64,000 nt of DNA from the NCBI RefSeq assembly GCF_006345805.1, contig NC_043001.1, positions 28,334,001 through 28,398,000 of the forward strand, in the 5' to 3' direction. The notes under the pieces are model-generated. The model searched no databases. It saw nothing but the letters and a program-made list of their open reading frames with translations, and was not told where the DNA came from. The DNA is from Octopus sinensis. Its lineage: Eukaryota. Below, in pieces: positions 36,619 to 49,741 of the stretch. Made by a program: the position numbers and the translations under genes. The first letter of the stretch is position 1; each line of letters starts with the position of its first letter.

Positions 36619-37288
36619 ACGAAGGAACAGCGTGCTCCATGAAATTCTGTTTTCTACTGGGGAAAACAGCGGCCTAAACAGTTGTCATGCTTCAGACAGC
36701 TTACAAGAACGTTGTCATGTGCAAACTACAAGTTTGCGGGTAGTGTTCACGCTTTAGAAATGGTTGCTTGTAGACCAATCTCACTCAGGGCGACCGTCGA
36801 CCTCCCGATCGAATAAAATCATCATGTAAGTTCATGAACTGATCTTGGAGGATCGTCACCGAACACTTGACGAACTTATCGATATGACTGGTGTGTCCTG
36901 GAGCTCCTGCCAACGAATTTTGAACGAGGAATTGCGAATGAAAAGGCTTGCAGCAAAATTTGTGACTCGCTTGCTAACAGAAGATGAAGAGCAATCACGA
37001 CTGAATGCGTGTCGTAACAGTTGGAAGTTGATCCGGATCCTTTTTCCGAAGGTCATCATTGGTGAAGAAAGCTGGTTCTTAGAATTTGCAAATGTGGAAG
37101 AGGTAAAGAAAAAAAAACGATGGTGGCGTTAAAAGGGATCACTTCGCAAAAGAACCAGGACTGCTTCGAACAGTGGAAAACGCGTCTCGACCGATGCGTT
37201 GCTTCAAATGGAGAATACTTTGAAAGTGATAAAAGGGTAAACTTGTAAAAGAGTATTGCAAGATGCCGGTTTCTTTTGGGTACCCCTC
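36619..37288 (+). pseudogene. Internally deleted mariner element with right TIR
   Basis: EDRHRTLDELIDMTGVSWSSCQRILNEELRMKRLAAKFVTRLL, KVIIGEESW, then WKTRLDRCVASNGEYFESD; TIR-like ccggtttcttttgggtacccctcgt. Confidence 0.85.
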
Positions 37289-37699
37289 GTGTGTTTGAAA
37301 GTGGGAAATGTGAGAGATGAATTGAATTTGTTGGTTAATAAATATCTGTCTTCGATTATAGTGCAAAATATTGAAGTTAAGTCGGATATACTACGTTTGG
37401 TAATGGTAAAAGTATACCGGCAGAGTACGTCTTGAAAGATTTATCGACATTTCGACTGCATACGTAACTTTCCGGTTTTTCTTTTCGGCTTTACGTTCTG
37501 CCTGTAAGCTGTACACATACAAACGCACACACACACTCACGTACACACACACATATATATATATATACACTCACTCACATACACATATTCCTAATTTGTC
37601 TTCATAGCACATATTCTAAAGTATATATTTATGCGTGTAGATATACTCATATATATACGAGTGGTTTTATATTCATACGCGAAGAGATTTTTGTTTTGT

Positions 37700-37999
37700 T
37701 TGTTCTTTCTCGAGCCATGCCTGGCTCACAAGGGCCGGTTTCCCGGTTTCCTTGGCGTATAGGTTCCCCACCTGGATGGAACGCCGGTCCGTAGCAGGTG
37801 AGCTACAAGATGCAAGAGGAAAGAGTGAGAGAAAGTTGTGGCGAAAGAGTCAGCAGAAGTTCGCCATTACCTTCTGCCGGAGCCGCATGGAGCTTAGGTG
37901 TTTCGCTCATAAACACACACATCGCCCGGTCTGAGATTCGAACCCGCAATCCCTCGACCGCGAGTCCGCTGCTCTAACCACTAGGCCACGCGCCTCCAC
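37700..37999 (-). mobile_element. SINE family C, full length, tRNA-Arg(UCG)-like head
   Basis: gtggaggcgcgtggcctagtggttagagcagcggactcgcggtcgagggattgcgggttcgaatctc. Confidence 0.85.
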
Positions 38000-38705
38000 A
38001 TTATTACTACGCGAAGAGCTTCATGAGTGTGCGTTTAAATTATACACCCTCATCTATGTGGCTGTGATTACGCATCCATGTTATGATGTATGCGTGTATG
38101 TACGCATGTGTGATCGAGCGTTTGACTGTAAATAAATATTTCTATATTTTATTAGTGTGTTCTTGTCTCTGTGCAATCATAGTGTAGTGAATGTGTGTGT
38201 GTGTGTGTAGCTGCCTGTGCGTCTTTGTGTATGCGTTTGTTGGTGAGTGTGTGTATTTGTGCTTGCGTGTCCGTTTCTATACAATGACTATATGTGTGTG
38301 CGTGCATGTGCAGCTGTGAATTAACAACGACCAGCCATGCAAATGCAAGCGATGTCGGCGAAGGTAATTATTACTGCATCCGCTCGATGTCTGGACCATC
38401 AATCAACCAGTAAACAACGCGCACACATGCACCTCCCCCACCCCCACACACACACTGACACACAAATACAGACACACAGACACACACACAGACACACACT
38501 CGCACATGCATATGAGGCATCTGTGTATATAAATGTATATGTGCATATAAATTCATTTAATGTATGTAGATGTTTCTATCCATAAATACATACATACACA
38601 CACAGAGGCTTCAGTGAGTGGTAAGAAGCTTGCGGTGCCCTAGCATGGCCGCTGTCAAATAACTGAAACGAGTAAAAAAGATGGAAGATATATATCTACA
38701 TATAG

Positions 38706-38764
<59 letters not shown>

Positions 38765-38789
38765 ATATATATATATATATATGTATATA

Positions 38790-39225
38790 TTTTCTATTCT
38801 TTTATTTGTTTGTCATTTGACTGTGGCCATGCAGAAGCACCGCCTTTGGTTGAACAAATCGACCGCAGGACTTATTCTTTGTAAGCCTAATACTTATTCT
38901 ATTAGTCTCTTTTTTCCGAATTGCTAAGTTACGGGTACGTACACACATCAACATCGGTTGTCAAGCAAAGGTGGGGGGACAAACACAGACGCACAAACAT
39001 GCACACACGCGCGTGCGCATACACACAACAACAACACACACACACACACGCATGTATATATATATATATATAAGACGGGTTTCTTTCAGTTTCCGTCTAC
39101 CAAATTCACTCACAAGGCTTTGGTCGGCCCGAAGCTATAGTAGAAAATACTTGCCCAAAGTACCACGCAGTAGAACTGAAACCGGCACCATGTGGTTGGT
39201 AAGCAAGCTACTTACCACACAGCCA
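38790..39225 (-). mobile_element. SINE family A, full length; short + strand remnant at 38605-38680
   Basis: Family A match. Confidence 0.9.
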
Positions 39226-39816
39226 CACACAAACACACACACTCATACACACACACACACACACACACACTCACACATATACACTATATATGTGTGCGCC
39301 TGAGTACGTGTGTGTGTGTTTGCATATATAAATATTATGTATGCTTATATTTGACCAATATACGTTTAGTCCTCAAACACTGAGAGTGTTTGCCTCTGTA
39401 TACAGCTCCATGTATGTGTGTGTGTGTATGCACATGTGTGCGTGCGCCCGCTCTCATGCATGTAGACCTACTCTGACACATAACATAAGCTCATTTTCAT
39501 ACGTATTAATACTTGTGAGATATAATCTCACAACTAATTGCTGATGCTTGTTGCCAGAATGTTGAGTCGAAGTTAAATCTTTAGCCATTCGTTGACAGAC
39601 ATCACAGTTGTAACATAGGTTGCTTATTTGTAATTCCCCGGAAAGTTAAATCTGGTTGACGATTGGCAAAACTTTCAACATTAATTGTCATTTCGTATGG
39701 CAATATTGATTTCCGTTATTAGCAAAGCGTCACACAGTTGCAGTAGGCGAAACTAACCGTCGTATATGACTGGTACATTTCATGAAAAGTAATAGTTACT
39801 AAGTCATAGTGTTATG

Positions 39817-40340
39817 TCTTCTTCTTCTTCTTCTTCTTCTTCTTCTTCTTCTTCTTCTTCTTCTTCCAATCAGGACCCACGCTATTAGCCACAAAAAATA
39901 ATCTCTAATTCGAGTCTACTCTAAGCTACTAAGAATGTGTGTGGCAACTTGAAGATCCATCCACCACACCCGATAGACTGACGGTTGCACGGGCACGAAA
40001 GCTACGTTGTTATCTTCATTCCGTAAACGGTAGCTTCTAATGGGTGGGGAGCTGGACCATCCTGGGGTGCAGAGGATTCGCAATCTAAACTAGGGTTTGA
40101 AAGGTTACCACACAATAGTAGGTTACACCATGGTTCCTCATATTTGTGGCAGAAGTAGGAAGAACGAGTGAAAGTTGTGGTGAAAGAGTACAGTGGGGTT
40201 TACCCCCATCCCGCCAGAGCCTCGTAGAGCTTAGGTGTTTTTGCTCAATAAACACTTATAATGCCCGGTCTGGGAATCGAAACCGCGTTCTTACCACCGC
40301 GGATCCATTCACCTAACCACTGGACCATTGCGCCTCCACT
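39817..40340 (-). mobile_element. SINE-C long variant with (GAA)n tail; further copies at 42399-42875 and 43140-43375
   Basis: ~520-bp collinear unit, same orientation in all three copies. Confidence 0.85.
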
Positions 40341-40439
40341 AGTGTTGTTGTTGTCGCTGTCGTCGTCGTGTCTAATTGTACTGTAACATATAAATAAAAA
40401 AGCTTAGGCATTGATGAAATCATAAGAAGGTGCTCTGAA

Positions 40440-41645
40440 TAAAAATAGAGTGACCTGAGAATATCATAGCAGAAAAAGGCCGTCTAGGCATTCCTCTTAC
40501 AACAGTACCAGTTCTGGCTGATTCCAATATTTAGGATATTTGACTGGTCTTTAGAGGAAATCCATTCCATAAACATTTAAAAATAATAGATCCTGAGATC
40601 AACAAGAAACTTCCACAGAAACAGTGATCTCAACAGCTGTATAAGAAGAAATGGAAAATACAGAGCCTTGAGATCAGTGCAAGCAGCCTTCGAATTTCGT
40701 ATGGGCTCTCACAGACAGCACTCACTAAACAACAGCAGCAAAAATAAATAAGTAAATTTAGTGTTGAAAAGCTAAGAGAACATCTTACGAGTCGGAAGTG
40801 AGCTCCTCAGGAAGCTATGTCTTCCTGACGACTTCCCATACAACCCTAATCAGAAAGAGACCTGGATGTGAAACGCTCAGCATACCAAACACAAAAATAA
40901 CTATGCTTGGGTATGTTTCTTGAAAGCTTAAAGAAGACAGAGATATCGACATGAAGTGCAGCCTTTCTTGAATTCGTGACCGCAACGTCACATATTCTTC
41001 GAAGGTTATGCATTATCAACACAAGGACAGGCGATTGATACTAAATACTTAATCAACGAAAGAAAGAGAGTGAAGCCTTTGAAGCTCCAAGATATAAACA
41101 GATGTAGATTATGTCATATTTCTGTGCAAAACATGACACATGTGATTAGCAACCGCCCAAAATTTCATCAAGGTACCACTTGCCTATGCGGCCCGACTTT
41201 GTCGTAACACGATATACAATGCCATTCGAAAAAAGACTGGTCTGGAATAATTATAAAAAAATCTCCAGTTATTGATTACACGCACAAATATCAACACTAC
41301 GAATATCTGGGACATTCCCATCAAAAGATCTACCAGGTCGAATATTGTTGTTTGGAACAGACAAGAAAAGTTATGTACCATCATCGAAGTCAGATGCTCT
41401 ATTGGTATAAATGTCTCTTTGCAAAATTAAAGAGAAAAAGGAAACTTCAAATTTCTATATCCAGATTATAAATTCAGATTTATACCAGAAATAATTTGGC
41501 TTTACGAGTAAATGCCGAGGTATCAATCTCGAAAAGCTAGAGTTTTTACTGAAAAAGAAAGCAACCATCTAATTCGCACATTGCAAATTCAATCTGTCAG
41601 CGGAGCAGTGAAAATATATAAGATTTGTCTCAAGTTTATGAAACG
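40440..41645 (+). pseudogene. Degenerate R4/Dong-like RLE retrotransposon, C-terminal region
   Basis: RCRLCHISVQNMTHVIS (decayed CCHC knuckle at ~41100); IVVWNRQEKLCTIIEV; FLYPDYKFRFIP; LIRTLQIQSVSGAVKI. Confidence 0.8.
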
Positions 41646-41920
41646 TGAATTTATTTCTGTTATCCACATTCTAACGATGGAGCTTTGTATCTTCAAACCA
41701 TTTCCTTCCTCAGAGGAAGATTTCAAATAACCAAAAACAATAGAAAACCTACATACGTATGCTATTTGTGGCCAGAAACATGTACATTGCTTTCGCCTGT
41801 TGGCCTTGAATAAATTAGCCACTACCATCTACAGCAGTTTCATTTTTCATAAACTTCGGTGAGCTATTATTGTAGTTATGAATTATCTCCTTTCTTTGTT
41901 TCTTTATTATATATTTAAAC

Positions 41921-42057
41921 TAGTCATGCGCAATCGGCGGCTTTCTGAATGACATACTAAGGGAAAAATTTCCATGAATTTTGTTAGTAGTACAGCCCAC
42001 TTGATGATTAGTCATGTCTCATGCGGCCCTCGTCCCGAAAAACGTTGCCCATGTATG
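41921..42057. mobile_element. hAT-type MITE
   Basis: Termini tagtcatgcgcaa / ttgcccatgtatg; 8-bp TSD atttaaac / atttagac. Confidence 0.6.
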
Positions 42058-44054
42058 ATTTAGACACTTCTTAATGGGTGTTTTATCTACTAAGTGCATG
42101 GACAATGTCCGTCAATGGAAGTTTTGGAACTCACTATATCACATATTTGAGACCTTAAGAATATGCTGTACCTTCCAACAATTGGCACTGGTATGCTATC
42201 TCACCGTTATTGATTAGCTGGATATAGCGGTATAAACGGTAAGACCAGATTTAAAGTATTATGAGATGATTAAATGAGACGTATCAGAAGATTAACTAGA
42301 AAACCGCTCACTTGTAATTAATAAATCAAACAGATGTCCAGTTAGTCAATTTTCATTGTTGCTGCTGCTGCTGTTGTTGTTGTTTCTACTGCTGTTGTCT
42401 TCTTCTTCCAATCAGGACTCACGCCATTAGCCACAAAGTATAATCTCTAGTTCGAGCCTACTCTAAGCTACGAAGAATGCGTGTGGCAACTTGAAGATCC
42501 ACCCACCACACGCGACAGACTGGCGGTTGCACGGGCGCGAAAGCTACGTTGTTATCCTCATTCCGTAAACGGTGGCTTTTAACGGGTGGAGAGCTGAACA
42601 ATTCTGGAGTACAGAGGATTCGCAATCTAGACTAGGGTCTGAAAGTTTACCACACCATAGTGGGTTACGCCATGGTTCCTCTGCTTGGTGGCAGAAGTAG
42701 GAAGAAAGAGTGAGAGAAAGTTGTGGTGAAAGAATACAGCGGGTTCACCCCCATCCCGCCGGAGCCTCGTGGATCTAAGGTGTTTTTGCTCAATAAACAC
42801 TCATATCTGGAAATCGAAACCGCCTTCTTACGACCACGCCCGCTGCCCTAACCACTGCGCCATTGTGCCTCCACTTACTGCTGCTGTTGCTGTTGTTGTA
42901 GCTGAGGTTGTTGTTGTTGTTAAATATGATCATGTCTATTTAGAAACAGACGTTCCAGTTATGACAGTCCCGTTTTGTTTTGCGTTCTTTATATATCCAA
43001 TGTGCTATTTCTTTAAGTGTGATTTTAGCAGAAACTGACGACATTTGTTTTTGTTTCGGTTTTTGCTTTCTAACAGATTAAAACGGCTACGTAGAAGCTA
43101 GCTCCCCTTTGGCTATTCTGAAAGGGTCTGAAAATTTAACACACCATAGTGGGTTGCACTATGGTTCCTCTACTTTGTGGAAGAAGTAGGAAGAAAGAGT
43201 GAGAGAAAGTTGTGGTGAAAGAGTACAGCAGGTTCACCCCTTCCCCGCCGGAGCTTCGTGGATCCAAGGTGTTTTTTCTCAATAAACACTCACAATGCTC
43301 GGTCTGGGAATCGAAACCGCGTTCTTACGACCGAGAATTTGCTGCCCTAACCACTGGCCCATTGCGCCTCCACTCGTCATTGTTGTTGTTACTTAGAACC
43401 GGATCGTCTCTGATCAAACTGACCAATAACCAAAAACTACTCCATCCATAATCATCCCGTAATGTTTATCTCTTTCTTAAGACAGAAATGTGATGTTTGA
43501 GTGTATCTATGAGTGTATTTTAGTCGCAATTTTTTGCTGCTCCAGCAACAACTTACAGGCTTCCTCAAAGTGAATCCATGAGAAATAAAATCAAATAATA
43601 AAATTGCACGAAGTAAAAACTGAGAAAGATTTACAATTCATTTACAAATTAATTTCAGAAATCTTTTGGGATATTTGTCTAATCGTTTTCAAGTGTCATG
43701 TTATTAAAACATTTGCCCAAGAGTTATTTTTTTCTTAACTGAATAAACTATAAATATTATTCTTTCCATGGTTAAATACAGGTAACATATGTGCAAGCAA
43801 AATGCATAGAAATCAACAATTTTCTCACAATTACATATATATATTCGATAGATAGATAAATAGATTGATAGATAGATACACTCATACATACATACATACA
43901 TACATACATACATACATACATACATACATACATACATACACATATATACACACACATATATATACACACGAACTCATACACACACACGCGCGCACACACA
44001 CACATACACACACATACACACATGTATGATTATATTTTTTCAAATCAGCTGCCG

Positions 44055-44580
44055 CCCAGTTCTTATGCTTTCTTTCTTACAAATATTAGTATTCGTTTTG
44101 AATCCTCAATCTCGCTGTCATACTGTAAAAATGTTTCATCATAGTCAAGGTAGGAGTATTCACTTGGAATGGAAAACCCAGCATTTGTAAGTGGGGAGGT
44201 AGAGTAGCTGGAATCATCTTGTCTCCAACGTCAAATATTCCTATTACGCTAATGCAAACGGAGGTATTTGCGACAAAGTACAGTCGTTTAAATTCTAAAC
44301 TTCACTAGCGTTAATTGAGCGGGGGTCATTACGAGATGAAATAGACTTTACTTTAATATTTGAAACTATTATCCTTGCATTTACCTCTGCAGCAGTTGAA
44401 GCGTAATTATGGATCCCAATCTTCTTAAGCGCTTTAGAATTTTCACCTGTATGAAGTCTTGCCTTGCATACACGATTTTCGCACCTGCAATATATCTTCT
44501 ATCCATCTGCATTCTGTTTATTTTTTATGTATATGTAATTTTCTTAATCGACCACTTTGATTTTTCCTTTCTCTGAAATT
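44055..44580 (-). pseudogene. MULE (Mutator-like) transposase N-terminus with FLYWCH zinc finger; contains stops and frameshifts
   Basis: SEKGKIKVV..ENYIYIKNKQNADG*KIYCRCENRVCKARLHT...KKIGIHNYASTAAEVNAR...; FSIPSEYSYLDYDETFLQYDSEIEDSKRILIF. Confidence 0.8.
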
Positions 44581-44786
44581 AAGATCTTGCAAGTAGTCAT
44601 GTTGATGGGTAGGCGCATTGAATAATTCAATTCGATTTGCTTGAAAATCTTTGTTCGAAAACTGTTCAGCGCAGTTATTTAAGGGAGAGGGGGTGGTTAA
44701 AGAAAGTAAAAACAAAATCTAAAACTGTCCAACAACAATTTTAATTCTAAAGTGATTGTTCTAAACTTTCCTTCGAGAACCATATT

Positions 44787-44876
44787 TAAGAATTGACTTG
44801 CGACGAATTGACCTGGGATGAATTGATCAACGACGAATTAACCGACGACGAAATAACCGAGGATGAATTGTTCAGG
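44787..44876. repeat. 15-bp degenerate tandem repeat x6 (GAYGAAWTRWYCNRN)
   Basis: gacgaattgacctgg / gatgaattgatcaac / gacgaattaaccgac / gacgaaataaccgag / gatgaattgttcagg. Confidence 0.85.
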
Positions 44877-45254
44877 ATGCTCTTGAAGCCGAGATTTTGA
44901 ACTTAGGAAGACAATATTTACATATCACCTGAGGAAACACAACTAGATCTCATAATGCAAGGAAACGGTTACATAATCAATTGCCTGCATGCCTAGAGAA
45001 CTACGTCACGTAGAAACAATTGTAGTGATTGAAAATAAATCTCCAACCGTGCTCCTTCTTGTTGACTCCAATTTTTTCAGTTATCTATTCACTACGACAG
45101 AATCCCAAACGCAAACCTAGAGATACGTATAATACTACTAGTGGATTGCACAGGGGTAAATCTGAAGGTGGATAGTTTTATACTGTACTCTACTATATTC
45201 TTAACAGGATACACCATAACTCTGTGTGTGAGTGTGTGCGTGCGCTTGCCTTTG

Positions 45255-45465
45255 TGTATGAGTGTCTGTGTTTGTCTCCCAACACCGCTTTACAACCGGT
45301 GTTGGTGTATTTACAAATCCGAAACTTAGCGGTTCGGCAAAAGAAACCAATAAAATAAGTACCGGCCTTAAAAAATGTACCGGGATCGATTCATTCGATT
45401 AAAAATTCTTCAAAGTGGTGCCCCAGCTTGGCCGCAGTCTAATGACTGAAACAATTAAAAGATAA
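45255..45465 (+). mobile_element. SINE-A 3' part
   Basis: Family A match. Confidence 0.8.
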
Positions 45466-45845
45466 CAGGTTTAAGAAGTCCAAGGTAGTAATTGACACAA
45501 GTAAAATTTTAGGCCATGTGCCTATAATAGAAAGGATTGTTATTATTATTATCATTTTCCTTTACCTTTTATCTTTTCAAAGTCGGTAAAATATGTACCA
45601 ATACAGTGCGGGTGTTTGGTAGAATTAATTAGAGGGTCGGACGAAATGCATTGCAGTAGATGTTCCGGCTTATTTTAGCGTTCTAACAGCAACGTCAGCG
45701 ACAAATTGGAGCCAAAGTCTATCTACCCAAATTGGAGGTATTTTCTTTGAATAAATAGACGCCATGAAATCTCGCATAATACAAGCTGCAATAATAACTA
45801 CCACAGCAACAAAAGCTGTAAAAGAACTAATATATATCAACAGCA

Positions 45846-45887
<42 letters not shown>

Positions 45888-47244
45888 ACAGCAGCAGCAG
45901 CAGCAACGGTAGCAGTAGCGTGAAAGAGCCCCAACAATAACACCAATCGTAATGGTAAAAATGTCAGTAATTTCTGCAATAACAATAAACAATAATAAAA
46001 GAAACAACTACATTGAAATGCAGTAATATCAACAGTAGCAGCAGCAGCAACAACAATAACAATAACAACTGTAATAATGAATAGCAACCACGGTGGCAAT
46101 AACAACAACACGAAGAACATCAACAACAGCTGTTGTGGACAGAAAATCAATAGTTACAATGACAGCGTGTATCGATAATGTCACAAACGGGAAGAAATCG
46201 AGAAGTCTAGCAAATTGAGAAGAGAAAGGAAGAAAGGAAGAGAGAGAGCGAGAAGGGGGAGAGAGAGTGGGGAAATATATATATATAGAGAGAGAGAGAG
46301 CGAGAGAGTGGAGACGGGCAGACAGAGAGAGAGAGAGAGAAAATGGTGGTAGAGAAACAGTAACGAAGTTTGATATTTAGAAAAGATAGGAAGAGAAGTA
46401 TTATGGTGAAAAGCAATTTGGAGGGAAATAATGGGGAGTGAGTGAAATTTAAAAGAAGTCTGCATGAGAATGAAATGTTAACAATGTTAAGTCTCTGAAA
46501 GCTTCAACATGCTTTTAATAAGCAACATAGCAGACGATGGATTTAGTAACGCTAATACAAGATAAATCTCAATCTCACCTTATGTAAAGAAGACATTCTA
46601 ATGAAGAGAGCGTTCACATAAGACAGAAAAGAGGAAGTGATTACGATATATTGCATGAACTAAGTATACGTTGAGGTCTTATTTTTTTCGTTTTCAGATG
46701 TAATAACCCAAATATTTTCTGTACGAAACTCATTCTATATTAGTGATGAACAGCGTTATATAGGTGAAACCGTAGTGGCCTACGCCGAAATTTTGGAGGG
46801 CCCATCGCGAGGAAACGACTAATATTTTTTTCTTGCAAATGCAATCGGAAATCTAAATCAAATAAAAGAATATATTAACGTTTATTATACAATGCATGAC
46901 TAATATCTTAATGTAAGATATTTACCGTTAAGACACACATGGATAATACACATACCCCAACTTCAGCGCATATATGTAATTTCAAACAGTTCTTACACCC
47001 AAGCGAATTGATGTGTATACACTCACGCTTGGCATAATAAAATTGTTAAAATGATAGAGAAACTAGAACAAATGCAGAAAATATGAAAGAAATTAAATTC
47101 TTTTTATATCAGTATTGACCAATTCAGATTCGAGGGAACTGATCTTTCAACTATCGAATCCTATATGGCTAATGCTTTCCTTAGCGCACGTTAAGATAAA
47201 TAAAAGCTTATAGCTATGAATGTAAGTATATAAAGATAAATAGT

Positions 47245-47440
47245 CGCCATGACAGATCGGTAGCCACTACACACATTTTTTTCTCTCCTTGTTTCTTTCT
47301 GTGTTCTTTTCTGTGGAAGAGCGTAGGCTCAAAACGTAAAAGACTTTTTCAATTCCCGAGCGTTATACTAATACATCTGTTTGGTTTCTACACCACCTGT
47401 TTTCGTCTTGTGTTTTTTTTTTCGTGAATTCTCCCCATGT
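47245..47440 (+). mobile_element. PLE-end family P1; hammerhead-like motif at 47305-47343 (G12 mutated to A)
   Basis: tctttt-ctgtgga-a-gagc(gtag)gctc-aaa-acgt-a-aaaga. Confidence 0.7.
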
Positions 47441-47603
47441 ATCACACGCTCACATGGTTGCACCAATTGATCCTGTCTCCTCTCATCACCCAAGAATTTT
47501 CTCCACTGGACTTTCGACCTTTCTACCATTTACGGATTCTCTTTTGGACTTTTTCCACTCTGGCTGCACATCTCCTACCTATGGATTACTCTGGACTCTA
47601 CTT

Positions 47604-47679
<76 letters not shown>

Positions 47680-47680
47680 C

Positions 47681-47759
<79 letters not shown>

Positions 47760-47760
47760 C

Positions 47761-47828
<68 letters not shown>
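47604..47828. repeat. (GATA)n, ~56 units, two GACA interruptions
   Basis: Direct inspection. Confidence 0.98.
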
Positions 47829-47830
<2 letters not shown>

Positions 47831-48219
47831 CGAGAGTATTCCTTCCGAACATGTTATAATAATAACAAATGCAAATCAAAAATTAACTCACGGGTACATG
47901 AAATATACTATAAAAGTAACCAGGAGTTAACTAGTAGACGATTTTTAGATTCGGCGATGAGGATTTTAACAATTACAAAAGCAGTTCCATGATTCCATGT
48001 TGGCTACTGCAAACAGCGGCAACAAAGAATCACTGTTGGCATTTCAGTCAAACAGTATTACGCTGAGAAAGTCATAAGATGTTACTGGATTTACAAATTG
48101 TATTGTCTCAAACTAATTATAAAGACTAATAAGAAAGGGAAAATGAAACGTCATTAAAAAGATGGTTCCAGCTATGCCATGTCATTAACGCGCCAAGGCA
48201 CACACATGCATACATACAT

Positions 48220-48310
<91 letters not shown>

Positions 48311-48314
<4 letters not shown>

Positions 48315-48530
48315 GGAGTAAGCACATAAATGTGAAACAAGGTAGAAAAGAGAGTACTCAAATACCAGAGGTAGAGTGATATGCTTTATTTTTTCAAAGC
48401 ACCAGAAATACAACAAAAGCTGTTACTCAGAGTTTCCCGTTCCCGTTCGTCGGGACAAAACTCTCCGACGAACGGGAACATGAAACTCTGAGTAACTGCT
48501 TTTGTTATATTTCTGTTGCTTTTAAATAAA
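48311..48530. mobile_element. PLE-end family P2 with inverted duplication; two opposed hammerhead-like motifs
   Basis: Arms 48385-48453 and 48465-48530; each reads CCGACGA-ACG(GGAA)CRK-GAA-ACUCUGAGU-A. Confidence 0.7.
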
Positions 48531-48561
48531 TTACAAATATATATATATATATATATATATT

Positions 48562-49018
48562 GTAGGATAAAATTTTTTCGAAAAAAATTTTATCAATGGC
48601 CAGCATATTAAAAAATACCTTTAACGGTTAAAATTATAAACAACTTATAAATAAGGGCAAACGAAAAAATTTCTAATGCCAAATATGCCGAAAGTTGGAT
48701 ATAATTGTCCATAACTATATAGTTTTTCACAATATGCATGCTACTCGAAAAAAAGCCGACAGAAATTTCTAAAAAATTCCATTATTACCATAACGGACCG
48801 ATTTCAGGGTTAGTTCGTAAGATTTCAGGGTTAGTTCGTAAGAACTAACCCTGAAATTGGTCAGATATGGTAATAATGGAATTTTTAGAAATTTCTGTCG
48901 GCTTTTTTTTCGAGTAGCGTGCATATTGTGAAAAATTATATGGTTATGGACAATTATGTCCATTTTCGGTATATTTGGCATTAGAATTTTTTCGGTTGCC
49001 CTTATTTATAAGTTGTTT
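48562..49018. mobile_element. ~380-bp near-perfect palindrome (PLE-end family P3), (TA)n on both sides
   Basis: Arms ~48636-48837 and 48842-49018 meet at gttc-gtaa-gaac; 21-bp tandem duplication at 48800-48841. Confidence 0.85.
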
Positions 49019-49025
49019 TTATATT

Positions 49026-49056
<31 letters not shown>

Positions 49057-49741
49057 TATATATATATAAACACTTACACGCGCGCGTGTACACACACAAA
49101 CGCACACATATCAAACATTTACAAGAATCCTGCCGGCAATGTCTACTAGCCTTCACAGTCAGCAAACAGAAACATCGAAGTCACCGGCACCACCATTCTC
49201 ATAAATGTATAATAAATATGCACTGCACAAAAGGTATTGACCCGGCGTTGTGTTTAATATTAAATTGCTTTGTTATGAAGCGATGACAAAAAATTAAAAC
49301 TAGCTTTAATATAAATGTATATGGACATAGATACAAATGAGAAATCTCTCAGAGTGGTAACTGACATGCGCTGCAAAAAGTAGTAAAGGTACACTAAATG
49401 CCATACAAGAAAAATTCTTTATTTATGGATGTATGACTTGGACACAGAAGAGGAGCGTAAACAGTTTAGATGCAGAAAATTGTCTTTTACAACGTATAAA
49501 TAGAAGACATTTGTCCAAGAAAAATTCTTGAATCATTAAAATTATCTTCACTTCGACAGAACGTGAGTAGGTTCTTGGAATCGATCTCTCGCACCGAATG
49601 GGAAGGGGAGATAATTTTCAAGGCTCGAGAACATTAAGAAAAAGACAGTGTGTGTGTGAATGTGTGCGTGCGCGCGCATTCTATATTCATTTACTTATTG
49701 TTTTGATGAGTATTTGACTTCATTATATCGCGAAAAGTTGA

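Noticed and set aside
37925-37999. tRNA-Arg gene (and similar heads at 55100-55176, 15835-15922)
   Set aside because: The tRNA-like sequence continues into SINE body; acceptor stems do not close.
46697-46765. Plus-strand exon after tttttttcgttttcag
   Set aside because: One open frame but no recognisable homology and a weak donor.
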